DNA from: Spizellomyces punctatus DAOM BR117
Lineage: Eukaryota
Length of the DNA: 64,000 nt
Reading direction: 5' to 3' (one strand)
NCBI GenBank assembly: GCA_000182565.2
Contig: KQ257453.1
Shown: positions 29,221-42,900 of the stretch, piece by piece
Position numbering within the stretch: position 1 is the first letter of the stretch
Layout of the letters: each line of letters starts with the position of its first letter
The notes under the pieces: generated by a model
What the model was told of the DNA's origin: nothing
Databases searched by the model: none
Seen by the model: only the letters and a program-made list of their open reading frames with translations
Program-made: the position numbers and the translations under genes

Positions 29221-29756
29221 GATTAACGGTCAAGTAGGCCGAACCTGTAGGTAAAGTGTAAACGCGCTACGTGGCAGATCAACTTGGAGGGTCGACTGCG
29301 CCACGTGCTGACTCAGCGTATGTTTGTGTTGTTTGCTCGTTGGATCTACGGCGGTCGCGGAGGTAGAGGCCAATATGAGAAGAAGCGTTTGAATGTACGT
29401 GTGTGCCTTACATGTTGCTTTGTGTGGTGGGGATGAGGAATCGTTTGCTGTTGAGCATTACAAGATACGATTAATGTCACATGGAATGTCGGTTCTTTTG
29501 GCATGGCAATGGAACTCTGGGGAAACGAGGTCTTGACTGCCGAGACTTCATCGCAAGACATTTCGGACGCTCTAAAATACCTCCTCGAATGGCCTGCTAT
29601 GGCCTGCACAGCAACCCATAGCTCTACTGCCAAGTAAAACTGCTAGCTGTCCCAACACCACGTGACACACGCCTTGATCTTTCATGTGGCCTCCAATTCA
29701 AACTCCCACCTTGCCCATGCACAGAGACCCAGCATTTCCCACACACTCCAAAAGCA

Positions 29757-30464
29757 ATGAACCTCATACTTGCTACAATCCTAGCCGCCATCATCGCCTA
29801 CTTTTGGTTATCAACTACGAGCACCGCACCAGCTGAATCCTCCTTACCCATCAAGGCATCCACAGCAAAGAAACGCAAAAAGACCAAAAAGCCAAAAGAT
29901 GCCAAATCCAGCGAACAAAAACAAAAGGATCCCGAAAAGACTATAGTTGCCTCACTAGTACCTACCCCACCTGCACCTACACCCACACCGGTAACCACAC
30001 CACACACACCCGATATGCCCCAAGACACTGATGAACCCATACCCACTTCCCGCGTTCTCCTCGTCAAACGATCTGACCCAGATCTGGTGGCTTCAGAAGT
30101 GGAAGAGGGGTGGGAAATGGTGGCTGTTCCATCAAAGAGTACGTATAAACACTTCATACTCTACCAACGCTCACAAAAAGAACTAATGTAATTGCAAAAT
30201 TTAGAAAAAGCAAGTAAAACAGAGAATCACGTACCCATCGCGTCCCAAGATCCAACAAAACTGACCAAAAAGCAGCGGGAAAATCTTCGCAAGGCGGCTC
30301 GGATCAAAGAGTCCAAGCAAGCGCTCCAGGAAGAGCAAGAGTCTCGGTTGAAGGGGTATCGGAGGGAACAGGAGAATGCGTGGCTTAAGCGGGAGATTGC
30401 AAAAGATCAGCAGAAACGGAGTAAACAAGTACGAACAGAGTGGGAGGGGCAGGGGATTTGGTAG
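29757..30464 (+). CDS. Hypothetical protein with N-terminal TM anchor, basic patch and C-terminal coiled coil; 2 exons
   Basis: MNLILATILAAIIAYFWL; KKRKKTKK; second exon LTKKQRENLRKAARIKESKQ; GT..AG intron around 30139-30204. Confidence 0.6.
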
Positions 30465-30742
30465 TAGTCGGATGAGCGTGGATTGTGAAATGGGTGAAAA
30501 GTGTGTTTTGTATATATGGTATCTGTTTCTATTCGCACTATTTTGAATATTCAACTGCGGCGTTGCTCAATTTGGAAAAACAAAACATGATGCGATTGGA
30601 ATCTTTTATAAATGGGCAAGGAAAACAAGTAGACCAACGGGAAATTAACACAAATAAAGCAGTAAAATGATCTGGGTATCTACAATTAAATGCCACACCC
30701 ACGCACGTTTGAAGAAAACGTCAAATGTCACTAAAATAAAAT

Positions 30743-33678
30743 CTATCCAAAATGCATCAACACCGTTTTACCCTTCTTCCCCTTTCGTCCCCTCTCCTCA
30801 TTTTTCTCCCCACTCTGTCCATCCTCGGATTCAGATCCCCACGCCTGACCCCCAATACGTCCATTGATGGGTCGAGAAAGTGCAGGTCGAGGGGCTCGTG
30901 TAGGTAATCCCGGAAACTCGTCCTTGTTCGCAATACGAGCTCCGACTCCCCCGACTGCTCTCGAATGGGGTCGATTGGGTTGAGAGGCAGTCGTGGCAAA
31001 GGATGGACGGGGTGGTGGGGCAATAGAGGGTTTAGATTCGGAATCGGACGAAGAGCCTTGTTGTTGTTGTTGTCCGCCTGAAGCGAGGTGTGCAAAGGTG
31101 ACAGGCGTCTGCTTTTCAGCGTCATCAAGCAAATTCGATCCGGCCGCTTGATCCCGCTCATGGATGTTCCGCGCCACTCGTTCCCAGACCGTTTCCTGTT
31201 TTTCGGTAGGATTGCGGAGAGAGTTCGATCCCCATCCGCCTCGGCTAAAGCGTTGTTTGCTCGCATTGTTTTTGATGACGAGCACACGGGCTGATGAGGG
31301 TGCTGAGGTTCGGGTGTCAGGGAGGACAGAGGATGGTGTGGCCGCGGATGAGGCATATGAAGGTGTGGAGGGTTTGCTCGGAGCGGGAACGTCGTTCGCC
31401 TGTAGAGCAGACGGGATTTGAGTGAATCCAATGTCGGACCACTTGGAAGGGAGAAGATTTCCTTTTACCTTGACTTTCCAATCATTCCATGCCCTCAACA
31501 TTTCGTTCCGCTTCTCGTTCTGTGCAGTGACCCTATCGTCGGACCGGTCCCTTTCGTTTTCCCTTGCTCTTGTTGTACGCCGCTAGTGACCAAGTCGACC
31601 TCATCGGGTACCGTGTCGGGACCGATTCGCTACGCGCATGCTTTGCGGCCTCGTCTCGCATCTAGCACTTTGCAGTTTTCTGCNNNNNNNNNNNNNNNNN
31701 NNNNNNNNNNNNNNNNNNNNNNNNNNNNNNNNNNNNNNNNNNNNNNNNNNNNNNNNNNNNNNNNNNNNNNNNNNNNNNNNNNNAACTTTGCCAGTTTTCC
31801 TGCAGAACAACGTCATGAAGCCTCCAGAAATTCGTCTGCACTGAGATGACCTTGCCTAAAGAGGCCGCAAAGGATCTGAACTCGCCGAGTTTTGACACAT
31901 CCGAGTTGAAGAGGGTTTGAAGTTTGGCGGTCAGCTCGGGGTCGGCGTTGGATGCAGAGTCGATTCCAGAAGAGATGCCGTTGGTCTTGGAGACGCCTGA
32001 CGCAGCTTCCGCGGGAGTCGGATGGGCCTTGACATGGGCAGATCTTGGATGTTGACGGTCTATTGTGGCAGGTGAGATAGGTGGGGATGCAGAGTCCGAT
32101 CGAGACCGGCCTTGCGTTGCTGGCTCTGCGTCTGATAGCTGTGATCCAAAGCCAGGTGGAGGTCGCAATCGCCGTACTCCGTCAGAAGGTGCAGGCGCGG
32201 GTGCAGGTACCGCTTGTGGTAGGAGTATTGGCTGAGGAGGAACCGATGCGTCGGCTGACCCTCTTGATTCTCCCCCGTTTCTGCGATTTGGACCATCAGA
32301 TGGCCGGCCATCCGCACGGCCATCACTCCGCCCACCTCTTTTGTCCCTTCTGCTCGATCGGCGACCATGATCGCTATCCCAACCCCTCGATGCATATGTG
32401 AAATTGACCTCAATTTGTTGCCCTTTTGCTCTTGCTTTCTGGTCACGGTGAACCTCGAGCTATTTTCACCATTGAGACTGATTAGGGAGATCAAGGAGAG
32501 ACACGGCATCCCAGCCATGTGCTCAAACCCACCTCATGTGCTTTCAAATCTATATCGGAATCAAATACCACAAATTTCTTTTCCAAGCATTCCGGGTGGT
32601 AGCATGGAAAATGATCGTTTTGGAAATGCACTTCCTGATGTGACAAAGTTAACACATGCCAAAGTAACAGCTGCAAAGACCTTAAACAAGGCCAAGATTA
32701 TAAGCATTACCATTTCGGCATAGTTCTGATAATACTGATTCCTGATTCCATTCCTCTGACAAAGGAAGCATTGCTCGTGTTTTTCGCGACAATGTTCATA
32801 CAATTCGTCCTGACTATAGAAGTGAATTTTGCAAAAGCCGCATTGTGGATGTCCTTTAAACGAAGGATCGTCTGGATCCCCTAACTTGTTATGTCGATCG
32901 AGGGTCGCGCGTGTGTAGAGTGTATGCTCATGTGTGAATAGCTTTTTATGCCGGGTGCAGAGTTCGCTTATAGGAAAGATGTGCCTGTGAGCATCGGAAG
33001 ACTCTGAATCTACGCTCCATACAACATACCACATCAGCATTCCGTGAGCCTTTCTGACGTGATCCTTAAGCTCTCGCCATCCACCAGCACACGCAACATC
33101 ACATCCAGGGTCGGGGCAATTAAAACGCAACAGAATCATGACGTCCTCGTAAATCTCAGGTTCATCAAAGTAGATTTTCAGCTTCTTATCATGAGCAGGC
33201 ATCGCTCGTAGATCAAAATCTTGAAAAACCGTATCGCCATCTTTGGTATATACTACTTCTGCAAGCTCCGTCTATGCAAGAGTATAAATTAGTCGTCGTT
33301 AGATTAGACCATTCGAAACACATTAAGTTGTCTATCACATACCTTGCAAAGCGCACACGTTCGCTGCTTATAGAGTGCGCGCAACCGCAATGAGCAGAGG
33401 TGACACACTCTGTGATTGCACTCCCCGACTGCGTACCATGTCACAGCGTCCGCACAAATGAAGCACAATTCTTCCTCCTCACGTGCTGCACCTTGAGTGG
33501 TTGCGACTGCATTTCCGTTGACAACGGCAGGAGCGACAGCCGGCATAAGTCCTGGGGGCAGTATCGCTGAGGGAGGTGCGGAATGGCTCACTGCCTGCGT
33601 CGGGTTAAACTCTGAGAGTGGAACAAACTTCTTCTTGTTGCCCTTTCCCTTCCGGTTCCCACTGTTGGCGCTGGTCAT
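30743..33678 (-). CDS. HEL2: Ribosome quality-control E3 ligase Hel2/ZNF598 (multi-exon; spans assembly gap)
   Basis: RING CFICA...CNHRVCHLCSLRLRALYK..CALCK; LLRFNCPD; C2H2-like FKGHPQCGFC..F...DELYEHCREKHEQCFLC; EFPGLP; C-terminal KGKKGK..LMHFG. Confidence 0.9.
31684..31783. other. Assembly gap (100 N)
   Basis: Run of N inside the HEL2 gene. Confidence 1.
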
Positions 33679-33961
33679 GATCTTGTACAAGATTCTACTT
33701 TCTCCAATGATCTCAGAAAAGTCTAAATATCCCCAAAAGACCAACGACGACTATTGCCACAGAGATCTTCAGTCCACGGCCACACCACGTTGAGGGATTG
33801 CAAGCTTGAAAGGTGGGGGAGAAAGCGAGTCGCTTCTGCAGTCATAACGTGACTGGGCCACACCTCGTGCACAGCCACAATTGGTGAGAATTTCTTGATC
33901 AGCAACGCAACAGCAGCTTTTGTTCGGGATTTAACGGCGAGATCGCAACGTTGCGCACATT

Positions 33962-35156
33962 ATGGCAAGTGTTGCACGAGTCTACACGAACGCTTGTACG
34001 GAGAGAGCACAAGACTACTGGGATTATGACAATTTGCTCCTGCAGTGGAAGTAAGTCCTGCTTTGAGCCTGCACATGGACTTTCTGAACTGATCCACAAA
34101 TCTTCAGTGCTCAGGATAACTATGAGATTGTTAGGAAGGTGGGGCGAGGAAAGTACTCGGAGGTCTTTGAAGGAGTGAACGTGGCAAATGACCAAAAATG
34201 CTGCATCAAAGTCTTGAAACCCGTCAAGAAGAGAAAGATAAAGCGAGAGATCAAGATTCTCCAAAACCTCGCTGGCGGGCCAAATATCATTGGTCTCCTC
34301 GACATTGTACGGGATCCTCAATCGAAAACTCCCGCACTCATTTTCGAACACATCAACAACATTGATTTCAAAGTTCTCTACCCCAAATTGACAGACCATG
34401 AAGTCCGATATTACATATTCGAGTTGCTCAAAGCCTTGGATTTCTGTCACTCGCGAGGAATTATGCATCGGGACGTCAAACCTCATAACGTGATGATTGA
34501 TCATGAGAAGAAGCAATTGAGGCTGATTGACTGGGGACTGGCGGAGTTTTATCACCCGGGAGCAGAGTATAATGTCAGAGTCGCGTCGAGGTACTTCAAA
34601 GGACCAGAACTTTTGGTGGATTTTCAAGAGTACGACTACTCTCTGGACATGTGGAGTTTGGGTTGCATGTTTGCGAGCATGGTACGCTGCGTATTTTGCG
34701 TGTCAAAATGAGCGGCTGTTAATGACCTCTTCCTTTGTAGATATACCGAAAGGAGCCCTTCTTCCACGGACATGACAATTATGATCAGCTCGTGAAAATC
34801 GCCAAAGTTTTGGGAACAGAAGAGCTATTTGCCTACTTGGAAAAGTACAATATTCGACTGGATTCTCGATTTGACACTATTCTCGGAAGGTAAGCTCCGA
34901 CAACATAACGGGACATTTTTCAAATTTCGAACTCTGATTAACCTGTTCGAATGTAACTAGATACCCACGCAAGTCATGGAGGCGATTTGTAACTGCCGAA
35001 AATGAACGATATATATCGGATGAGGCGCTTGACTTTTTGGACAAGCTCCTGCGATACGACCACCAAGAACGATTGACACCGCAAGAAGCCATGATGCATC
35101 CTTATTTTGACCCTGTACGGCCAAAGGATTTCAAGCCAGGGGAGCTAAATGCATAG
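33962..35156 (+). CDS. CKA1: Casein kinase II alpha subunit (multi-exon)
   Basis: [67 protein letters not shown]. Confidence 0.97.
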
Positions 35157-36399
35157 GGATACGCGAGATTTGTATAGCCTAATTATCTTTTGTATGCGTA
35201 CGGACGCTGCGGCACAGGATTTTTGGCGATGGTCTAGGATACGTATTTCTTGGTGATAGGAGGAACTGTAATTATATTCGAATAAATGCCGCTATCACAG
35301 AGGAGGAGATTGTTATCGGTTGTTTCTTGTCAATTTTGATGACGGCGAAAGGAGTCTGACTGGTGTTCAAAATTGACTTTGCATGTCAGCTGCAAGCGAC
35401 GGGTAAGAACGTGGAAAGGACAGAGTATTCCAGTGAATTAGGGAGGTTACCTTGACTGGTACCAATTGGACATTGATGCGGAGGTATGAGAAAGGCCGAC
35501 TGCCAGCGGATTTGGATGAAATCGGGTGCACAGACACTGTCCATCCTACGGATCCCGATGGCAGCGACATAAGCGGATGGTGGGCATAAAGTTACAGCGT
35601 CAGAAGTCATTAGATATCGCCATGAGAGGGACGCATTCACTTTCAAACTTTTCCATTTGCCAAAATGCTGTTTTATTCATGTGGAACAGCTACCTCTAGT
35701 GGCCGGCTTCAATTTTTATCTCAGAGGTGTGGGGTGTCGTTTTGGACGCTGTTTTTCCTTTGATGCTAGCATTGGACGCCTGCTAGACAACCACGACCTA
35801 TTGACATTGTTGTATTATGATCTTGAATTACGCATAGACATATCACGGAATGCAGGGTCGTTTCTACAATAGCTGGTGGTATAAATAATTACCAAACAGC
35901 ACCGCATAAGCGCATGGAACCTCAATAACATGGCGGTATCCGATGGAATTGATCCTGGGGTGGACTAAACCTAATCAGTACATCTTATTGATAGGTCGTA
36001 GCTCCTTTGTACTGTAGCAGTCGATAAGCTAGGTCAAGCATATGAGCCTTCCTATTCTGCGACCCTCTTCCAAGCCGTATATATCGCGCATGATCGATGT
36101 GCCGAAAAGACATCAAAAACGATAATTGATGAGAACAGCATGCTCTAGCGAATCAGAGTCTGATGCAGAGGTGTGAGGTGGTGCCTTCTATAGTCTGGTT
36201 GTCGTACTGTGCTGGGAGCTCCTTAGCAGAGGATGAAATCTGCATGACATCGGATGTGGGGAATCCTGAACGCACTGCGGCTGAAGAGCAGAAATTTAAT
36301 GTTTACAACAACATGATTGAGTCGATGTAGGTGGGAAACAACCTCATCGTAAGAAATTGAATATCATAATTTGTGTACAAATAAAAATCAAGTCTGATC

Positions 36400-39266
36400 C
36401 TATGTCTTTCTTCTCTTCTTCTTCCCCTTTTCTGCCAAGCGTTTTTGCGCTCGCACCTCCTTCTTCATACGTGGATCCACCATTTTATAGCGACCCTTGA
36501 CACCCTTTGGTCTACCTTTATTGGCTCTGTTGATTCCTTTTGCCACCACAACGGAAACCTTTTTCTTCTCTTGCTTCGCCTTTGCCTTCTTCATCATTTT
36601 TGAAACTTGGGTCAGCTTTGCCTTCTCGGTCATTTCACCCCCCTCGTCCTCCATGACGTTTGCCGCCTTCTTTTGCATCTTTTCTAATCGGCGCGCAGTT
36701 CGCATTTGTTTACGGAATTTGGCTTCGGCGACCTTTTTGATGGGGCGCGCGTCTAAAGCACGCATGCGTTGGCGGATGATTTGGACAGCTTCTTTTGTGA
36801 CGGGGAGAGTGGGTTTGTTGTGTCGGGATTCTTCTTCCACGAACCTATCCAGGAAAGGGTCAGTACAGGAAGTTCAGTCGGTGAGTGAAGGGATGCTCTT
36901 ACTAACCATGACGGAACACCATCTGGATCGTTGAAAGCGTATCGGTTGAATCCTTCGTCGATTAGGTCCCTTTTATCAGACTTCCGAATCATTCTCTGGG
37001 CAAGGGTATATGCTTCCGCTGTGGTGATGGCAAAATCGTCTGCCACAACAAATATCGGTCAGCTCAGCTTCCAGTCCCAGGCGCATTGAGATACCATGCA
37101 CTCACCATTTGGTCCGTCTTTCTCATCCAGTCCCAAGGGTACCACTTCGAACCCTTTCTTTTCAATGTCGTTTTCGTCATCGTCATCCTTCCTGCCTTTG
37201 GATTTTGTACGTCGTGTTGGGATGTCATCTTCGTCACTGCTGTCGTCACTCCAGGTGCTTGCCAATTCCTGCGCAAACAGCCCGTCCTTCTGTTTACTCT
37301 CCTTCCCCTTCACTGGTTTACCATTGGGCTGCTCCAAAGTTTTGAATAGCGGATTGTCGAAGAACACTTTTGCTCGTTTTGACAGTTTGCCAGTATCTAT
37401 CGCTCCATTGACGTCCTCTTCTTCAACGTTCCCATTGTCCATTTCGCTTCCCGCTTTGCGCTTCTTGCCTCCTGAGACTCCGGTGGCTTCTTCATCCAAT
37501 TCACTATCATCTTCACTGTCGTCACTGCTATCGTCGCTCGCATCACCATCCACATCTCCAACTTGTCGTTTCCGCTTCTTGTCAAACTCAATTCCGTACC
37601 ACTCCTCAAACGCCTGCGCGCCTTCCTTCTGCTTTTTCACTTTGGCGCTCGGATCGCGCTCGAGCCGCCGCTCACGGAATTGTTCGTAAAGGCCATCGAT
37701 TTCGCTTTCGAGATTGTTGATCTTTTGTTCAATCTCGTCATCTGTATCAAATGTTTCATCATCGTCATCATTTGCCTCGTTGTCTTCATCTGCTTCCTCA
37801 TCGTCGCTACTGAGTACCGCTTCCTTTTGCGTGTCCGTAACAATTGGCTTCGCATTTTTCACACCATCCGTAGACAGGCCGTTCAATCGGAACAGACCTT
37901 CATCATGCCCGTCTCCCAATCCCATGCCCCCTGCCTCACTCGCTTCCAGCCCAATCTCATCTGGCGTTCCCATGCCTAGGCGCATCTTAATCAATTGCTT
38001 TGCTTTTCGCTCGCGTGCTTTACGGAGTGCCCGCTTGCGGGTGGCAGCAACTGATTTAGCTTCGGCATCAAGTGATTCCAGTAAGTCCTCTTCACCATTT
38101 TCCTCCTTGTCCCCTGTGTCAGCCTTCCGCTCTTCCTTCTTCTTCTCCAGCCCAAGATCCAAACGAATCGACTCTCTCCATTTCAAAAGGTCCTTGAAAT
38201 CCTTTTTACCCAAAACTTTCAAATCCTCACAGCACATCTTAAGTTCTTTTGTTGTCAGTGGATGTTCCGCCAGGGTTTTGCCAAAATCATCCTGGTCAAA
38301 TCGCAAGGCATTCGATTGGGTGAGCACCCCAAGGAAGTCTGGCCCCCGCACGAAATCGGAAATACTGCTAGCAACGTGAAGTGTGTAGTCACCATCCGCA
38401 TAACCAGATCGATGTCTCCGACGCTTTTCGGGATGAAACAAGTCATTCAACATGGCACCTTGTCGCTCTTTTCTCTTCTTATCATCCATCTCCTCTTCTG
38501 GCACATCATCTACTTCCTTGAAAACGTATTTTGGATCGAGTAATCGTGGGTCGACCTTTTTGGGTGCTTTGAATTCGCGGCAAACAACAAAGATCTCAGC
38601 AGAGACGTTACGTGATGACGCTGGCTTTGTCGCTTCGACCTTGTCGAAAAACTGATTGAATACCCAAATAAGCTTGTTGTAATCCTTCGAGCGAAAGACT
38701 TTGGTAACGAAACATCCTCCCGCCATCAGGAATTCTGTGGCTAGTTTTAGAGACGCCAGAACGAGTTCGGATTGTGTGAAGGCATCTTGGAGCCAAGATG
38801 TACCAACGTTGGGAGCACCATCGTGAAGGAAGCTGCGAAAGAAAAGATGCTCGTTAGCATTGCTTGGAAAGAAATGATGCACTCCGCTTTCCCAAGGCCG
38901 CATCATAGATAATGGACAGGCAACTCACACATCCGCCTTCCACGTCTTGAGTTCCCGTTTCAATGTCATTCTACACTTTTGCGTGGTGATGTCCTCAACG
39001 TGGGTAATGACACCAGGTATAGGTTTAATCGCTGCTAAATCCAGACCGATAATAATATTCGGCTTCGGCATGTACTTTGCTGCCACCTGCAACCAACCAC
39101 CGGGAGCCGCGCAGAGATCCACCAAGCATTTCGACCGTTCCAAAAAATTGTACTTTTTGTTCAGTTGAATGAGCTTAAAGGCTGAACGGGCACGATAACC
39201 CTGCTCCTTGGCCATATGATAGTACTTGTCGAGACGCCCCTTGGCATACTTCTTCTTGACACCCAT
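36400..39266 (-). CDS. SPB1: 27S pre-rRNA 2'-O-methyltransferase Spb1/FTSJ3 (multi-exon)
   Basis: [85 protein letters not shown]. Confidence 0.96.
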
Positions 39267-39542
39267 GGCGGTGGTTTATGTGCGGGGTATTGGAAGAGAA
39301 ATGTGTTTGTGCCTAGACCTTCGGGCGACGACAATAATGTGACGACTGGCAAGTCACGGTCGTTTGCGATATCCACCCACAATACCGCACTCCAGAGGAC
39401 GAGAAAACTTGACGGGGTGAAAGCAATATCTAAATTCGTTGGACATGCACTAAGGAAGTTGTCCAAAAAAAATCAAAACTGGTACGTAAGCGGTGACTGC
39501 AACATACGTACTTGTTTCATTCTCATATTTAAAAAATTGGCT

Positions 39543-39614
39543 GGTTCCATGGTGTAGCGGTTAGCACTCAGGACTCTGAATCCTGCGACCCGAGTTCGAT
39601 TCTCGGTGGGACCT
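39543..39614 (+). tRNA. tRNA-Gln(CTG), intronless
   Basis: 72-nt cloverleaf: acceptor GGTTCCA/TGGGACC, D-arm/A box TGGTGTAGCGG, anticodon arm CAGGA-CT-CTG-AA-TCCTG, T-loop GTTCGATTC; T-run about 20 nt downstream. Confidence 0.97.
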
Positions 39615-39917
39615 TTACGATTCCGGAATCTCTTTTTGATAACGTTGGGAACTTTTGTTGACGGATGGGCAGTTGATCTACATTATTACAGACGTTGCTC
39701 TTTCGTCCTTGTGAAAATGGAAAGGACGTTGCAAATCAAACAATGCAGCTAGTAAATGTGTCGTAGATCTGCCACCCATTGCAACAATTGTATTACTTCA
39801 TCAAATGGCACAGCTCTGTTACGTTTCCGTTGAAGCATGAACTGGCTCCAGTTCCTGTCACATTTTGAACAACATCATTCAAATGTGACAGTCCGGCAAG
39901 GAGAAAAGCAGCACTAA

Positions 39918-42900
39918 ATGTCTTCCTCGAACCTTACGAGCGACATGTTACGACCACGAAAGAAGCCCAAGCTTGATAGCCCCCCAGAAGAGCCCGATGT
40001 TGCACGACTTTTACAAAAGCTTGCTCTCTATCGAGAAGTGCAAGAACGCCTCAATGTATTGTCTTGTCACTCACCCACAACCCTCCGCCGTCTCTCTGCG
40101 TACCTTCGATATGATCTCGAGCGACTGGACTTAAACTTGAGCCGCTCCAAGAAGATGCATGACACTCTGGACTTGCTATTTACAGTGACGAGGGCACTGG
40201 CTTGTACGAGAGTTTACGAAGAGGATGTCGCGGAAGTTGGGAAGCAGAAGGCAGAAGTGAGGGCCACAAGTGGGATGATGCTACACATGTTGGAAGTGAA
40301 ACACGATATCGGCGTGCAAACGGGTGCCTTGCGAATATTAGCCAACTTAATCAACCCGTCCAAAAGCCTCAAAATCCGAAACCCTGCATACGGGACACCG
40401 GAGATGGCTGCGTTGATGGGGAAATGGATCTCCCGCGATAAAAATGGTCGTCTGGTAAAGATGCTGGTCGCGACAGTTGGGCTGGATGCGAGAGAATGTC
40501 GGTTTTACGCTTTAAAATGTCTAGTAGGACTTGCAAAGTTCTTTGACCAGGAACTAATTGTCGCGCTGGAAGATGTCAATCTTCGACCTTTCTTAACGGT
40601 ATTAGAAGAGGTCGGATGCCAAACTGCAACAGAGAAAACATCCGATAGTTTGTTGGGCAGGATCGACGATGTTTACGTCCTCTGTATGACTCTGGTGAGC
40701 GAGCTGCTACAGAAGGGATGGTCGCAATTCTTTGCTTCCCTCGATCCAGCTTTCATCCCCGGGCTCCTCAAGGCCGTGCGCTCCGTGGCCCCTTCCTCTG
40801 TTCCCGATCTCAACCCTGATGATGAAAGCAGTGTGCCGGGCATTGTTGAGACGCCAGACTCAACTATCAAGTTTTTACAGCACGCTATAAAAACCCTCCA
40901 TCTGATTTGTAAAAGACAGCCGGAGATGTCTCTAGACCTGCTTGACCTCGACGATGTTCACTCTCTCATACTCATAAATAAATCGCTTGCATATATACAA
41001 CGCTCTCTTCCATCGAATGCGAAGGCGTCGCTCGGAACCCTTGAAACATTACGAAGCCTTGTTCAGGTTAACCTCCTTATTTCTCGACGTCGAACAAAAC
41101 CCTGCTTAAACATAATGGCCGAGTTTCGGTCCGAAATGATCAAAGTGGCAATAGGTTTTGGTATGATTCTGGCGAGAACGAATCATGTTTCGATCCTCCG
41201 CACATCCCTCCTCCAACCGATTCTCGAGTTATTTCTTTGTAACCTTCCTCAATGTCCAAGGACGCTTCAAACAGCCATTGACGCACAATTGCCATTGATG
41301 CTTGTCAAATGGTGGAATGCGATGTCGAAGCCGCAGTATTTGGAGAGCCCACACGGAGCGAAAGTTACCTCGAAACTCAAGGGCAGCATCCTGAAAGTTT
41401 TGACGTATGTCTTGAACGATGCGAATGGGTTGCAGACTTACTCCAAAATGGACAAAGAGGTTGTGATTGAATTTCACCGGAATCTCAGTCTGAACGTGCG
41501 ACGACTCCTCTCGGGAACGGAACAACAACAGGAAGATACCACTGAAGCAGAGTCGGACCCAGATACAATAGACATATATCCATCAATAGGTGTTCGCTCT
41601 CTCCGGTTATTCTCGGTCCTATTCATCAATAAGTTGTGCCGGCTGTTATTGACAGATCAAGGAGTTCTGGCAGATTTCATTGATGGTGCATATATACCCA
41701 ATATTCTGGGCCTGCGGAAGAGTGGTTGGAGCGATCGAAGTGAGGTCACCCGGTTGTTGTTTACCGTTCTGGAACGTGCTGCAACGGATTCGAATGTGCG
41801 ATTCAAAATGCGGGATGGAGAGTTCTGGAGTAGGGACGAGGGTGGCGGACCAGCGACGGAACGACGATCATCTTTCACTCTAATACACTTCCTGCTAATA
41901 CTAGTTGTCGCTGCTGGTGGGTTGCTTTACCGCGCCGACCACTCCGATTCTAATCGAACCCCTAAACCACTTGATACGAACATCCCTCACATCTTGCAGC
42001 GCGCTATGGTTTTCCTTTCGGATAACTACGGTCTTGATACCTCTGTGAGCATGATACTCTGCAACTGTCCTTTGGTAACTTTTGACAAACTGGTGGATCT
42101 TATTCCCGCTGAGTGGGTGCAAAGACGACAAAGTGGTGATTTCATCAGCGTTTTGCCAGTCGTGTTGTGGGTAATCGAGAGGAGCGGTGCAGCGTCTCAA
42201 CCGGCACCACCCGAGCTTGAGCTAGAACTCGATCCGCATAATGGCAGCTCGAGCGAACACGTCTTGGTGACATCGCTCTATGAATCTGCGGCGCATTTTC
42301 TTGAAACCCTTTTAAATACTCCTAACTGCCGCTCCCAGCTTCTCACGCCTCCCACACTTCACGTTCTTTCCTCATCCCTTGCCAATCACCCCATCCCATC
42401 ACTACTTCGGATACTCTCGCGCCTTTTAATATCAGAGGAGTCGCTGGAGCCGCTGGTCACGACGTTCGGCACGTCATCAGCGCTTGAACCCCTCCTGGAG
42501 AGGGACGACATTCTGATTGCGATTCAAGCGTCTATGAGATCGCAAAAGGGTGTAGTGCGCCGCTTGCTAAAGTTCTGGGCATATTTTGCTGACGATTTCG
42601 ACATGCGCCTGACGGTGGCAGTGGCGATAGGATGGTGGATGGGTGAGCGGTTGATATTCTGCGTGGTGGAGGAAGACACGGAGGTTGGGCGGCAGGTTGC
42701 GAGGGAAATTTTGGAACGCTTCTTTGAGACGATGTTGGATTGCCATGCGAAGGAAGATGATGCAGTGACGAGTCGAAGTCGCGTGGGTAAGGTTTTAAAG
42801 TACCTGGGATGGGCGTTGCGCCAAAGGGGCCGGAATCCGCTTCGCAGCTGGATTAAAGGCGTTGAGGTGTCCTGGCCTCGCATAAGTACCATGCAGCAGA

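Noticed and set aside
31784-31870. Apparent frameshifts in HEL2 next to the gap (AASLGKV versus a likely AASFRQGHLSADEFLEAFMTLF reading)
   Set aside because: Single-base losses in short T runs at a contig edge are most likely low-quality sequence, not pseudogenisation or programmed frameshifting
36120-36290. U3 snoRNA-like boxes (GAGGATGA, TTGATGA, GTCTGA)
   Set aside because: The boxes are in the wrong order for U3 and no box A or A' is visible, so it is not called as a feature
37096-38379. Long Ser-rich plus-strand ORFs (197 and 221 aa)
   Set aside because: Antisense shadows of the acidic regions of SPB1
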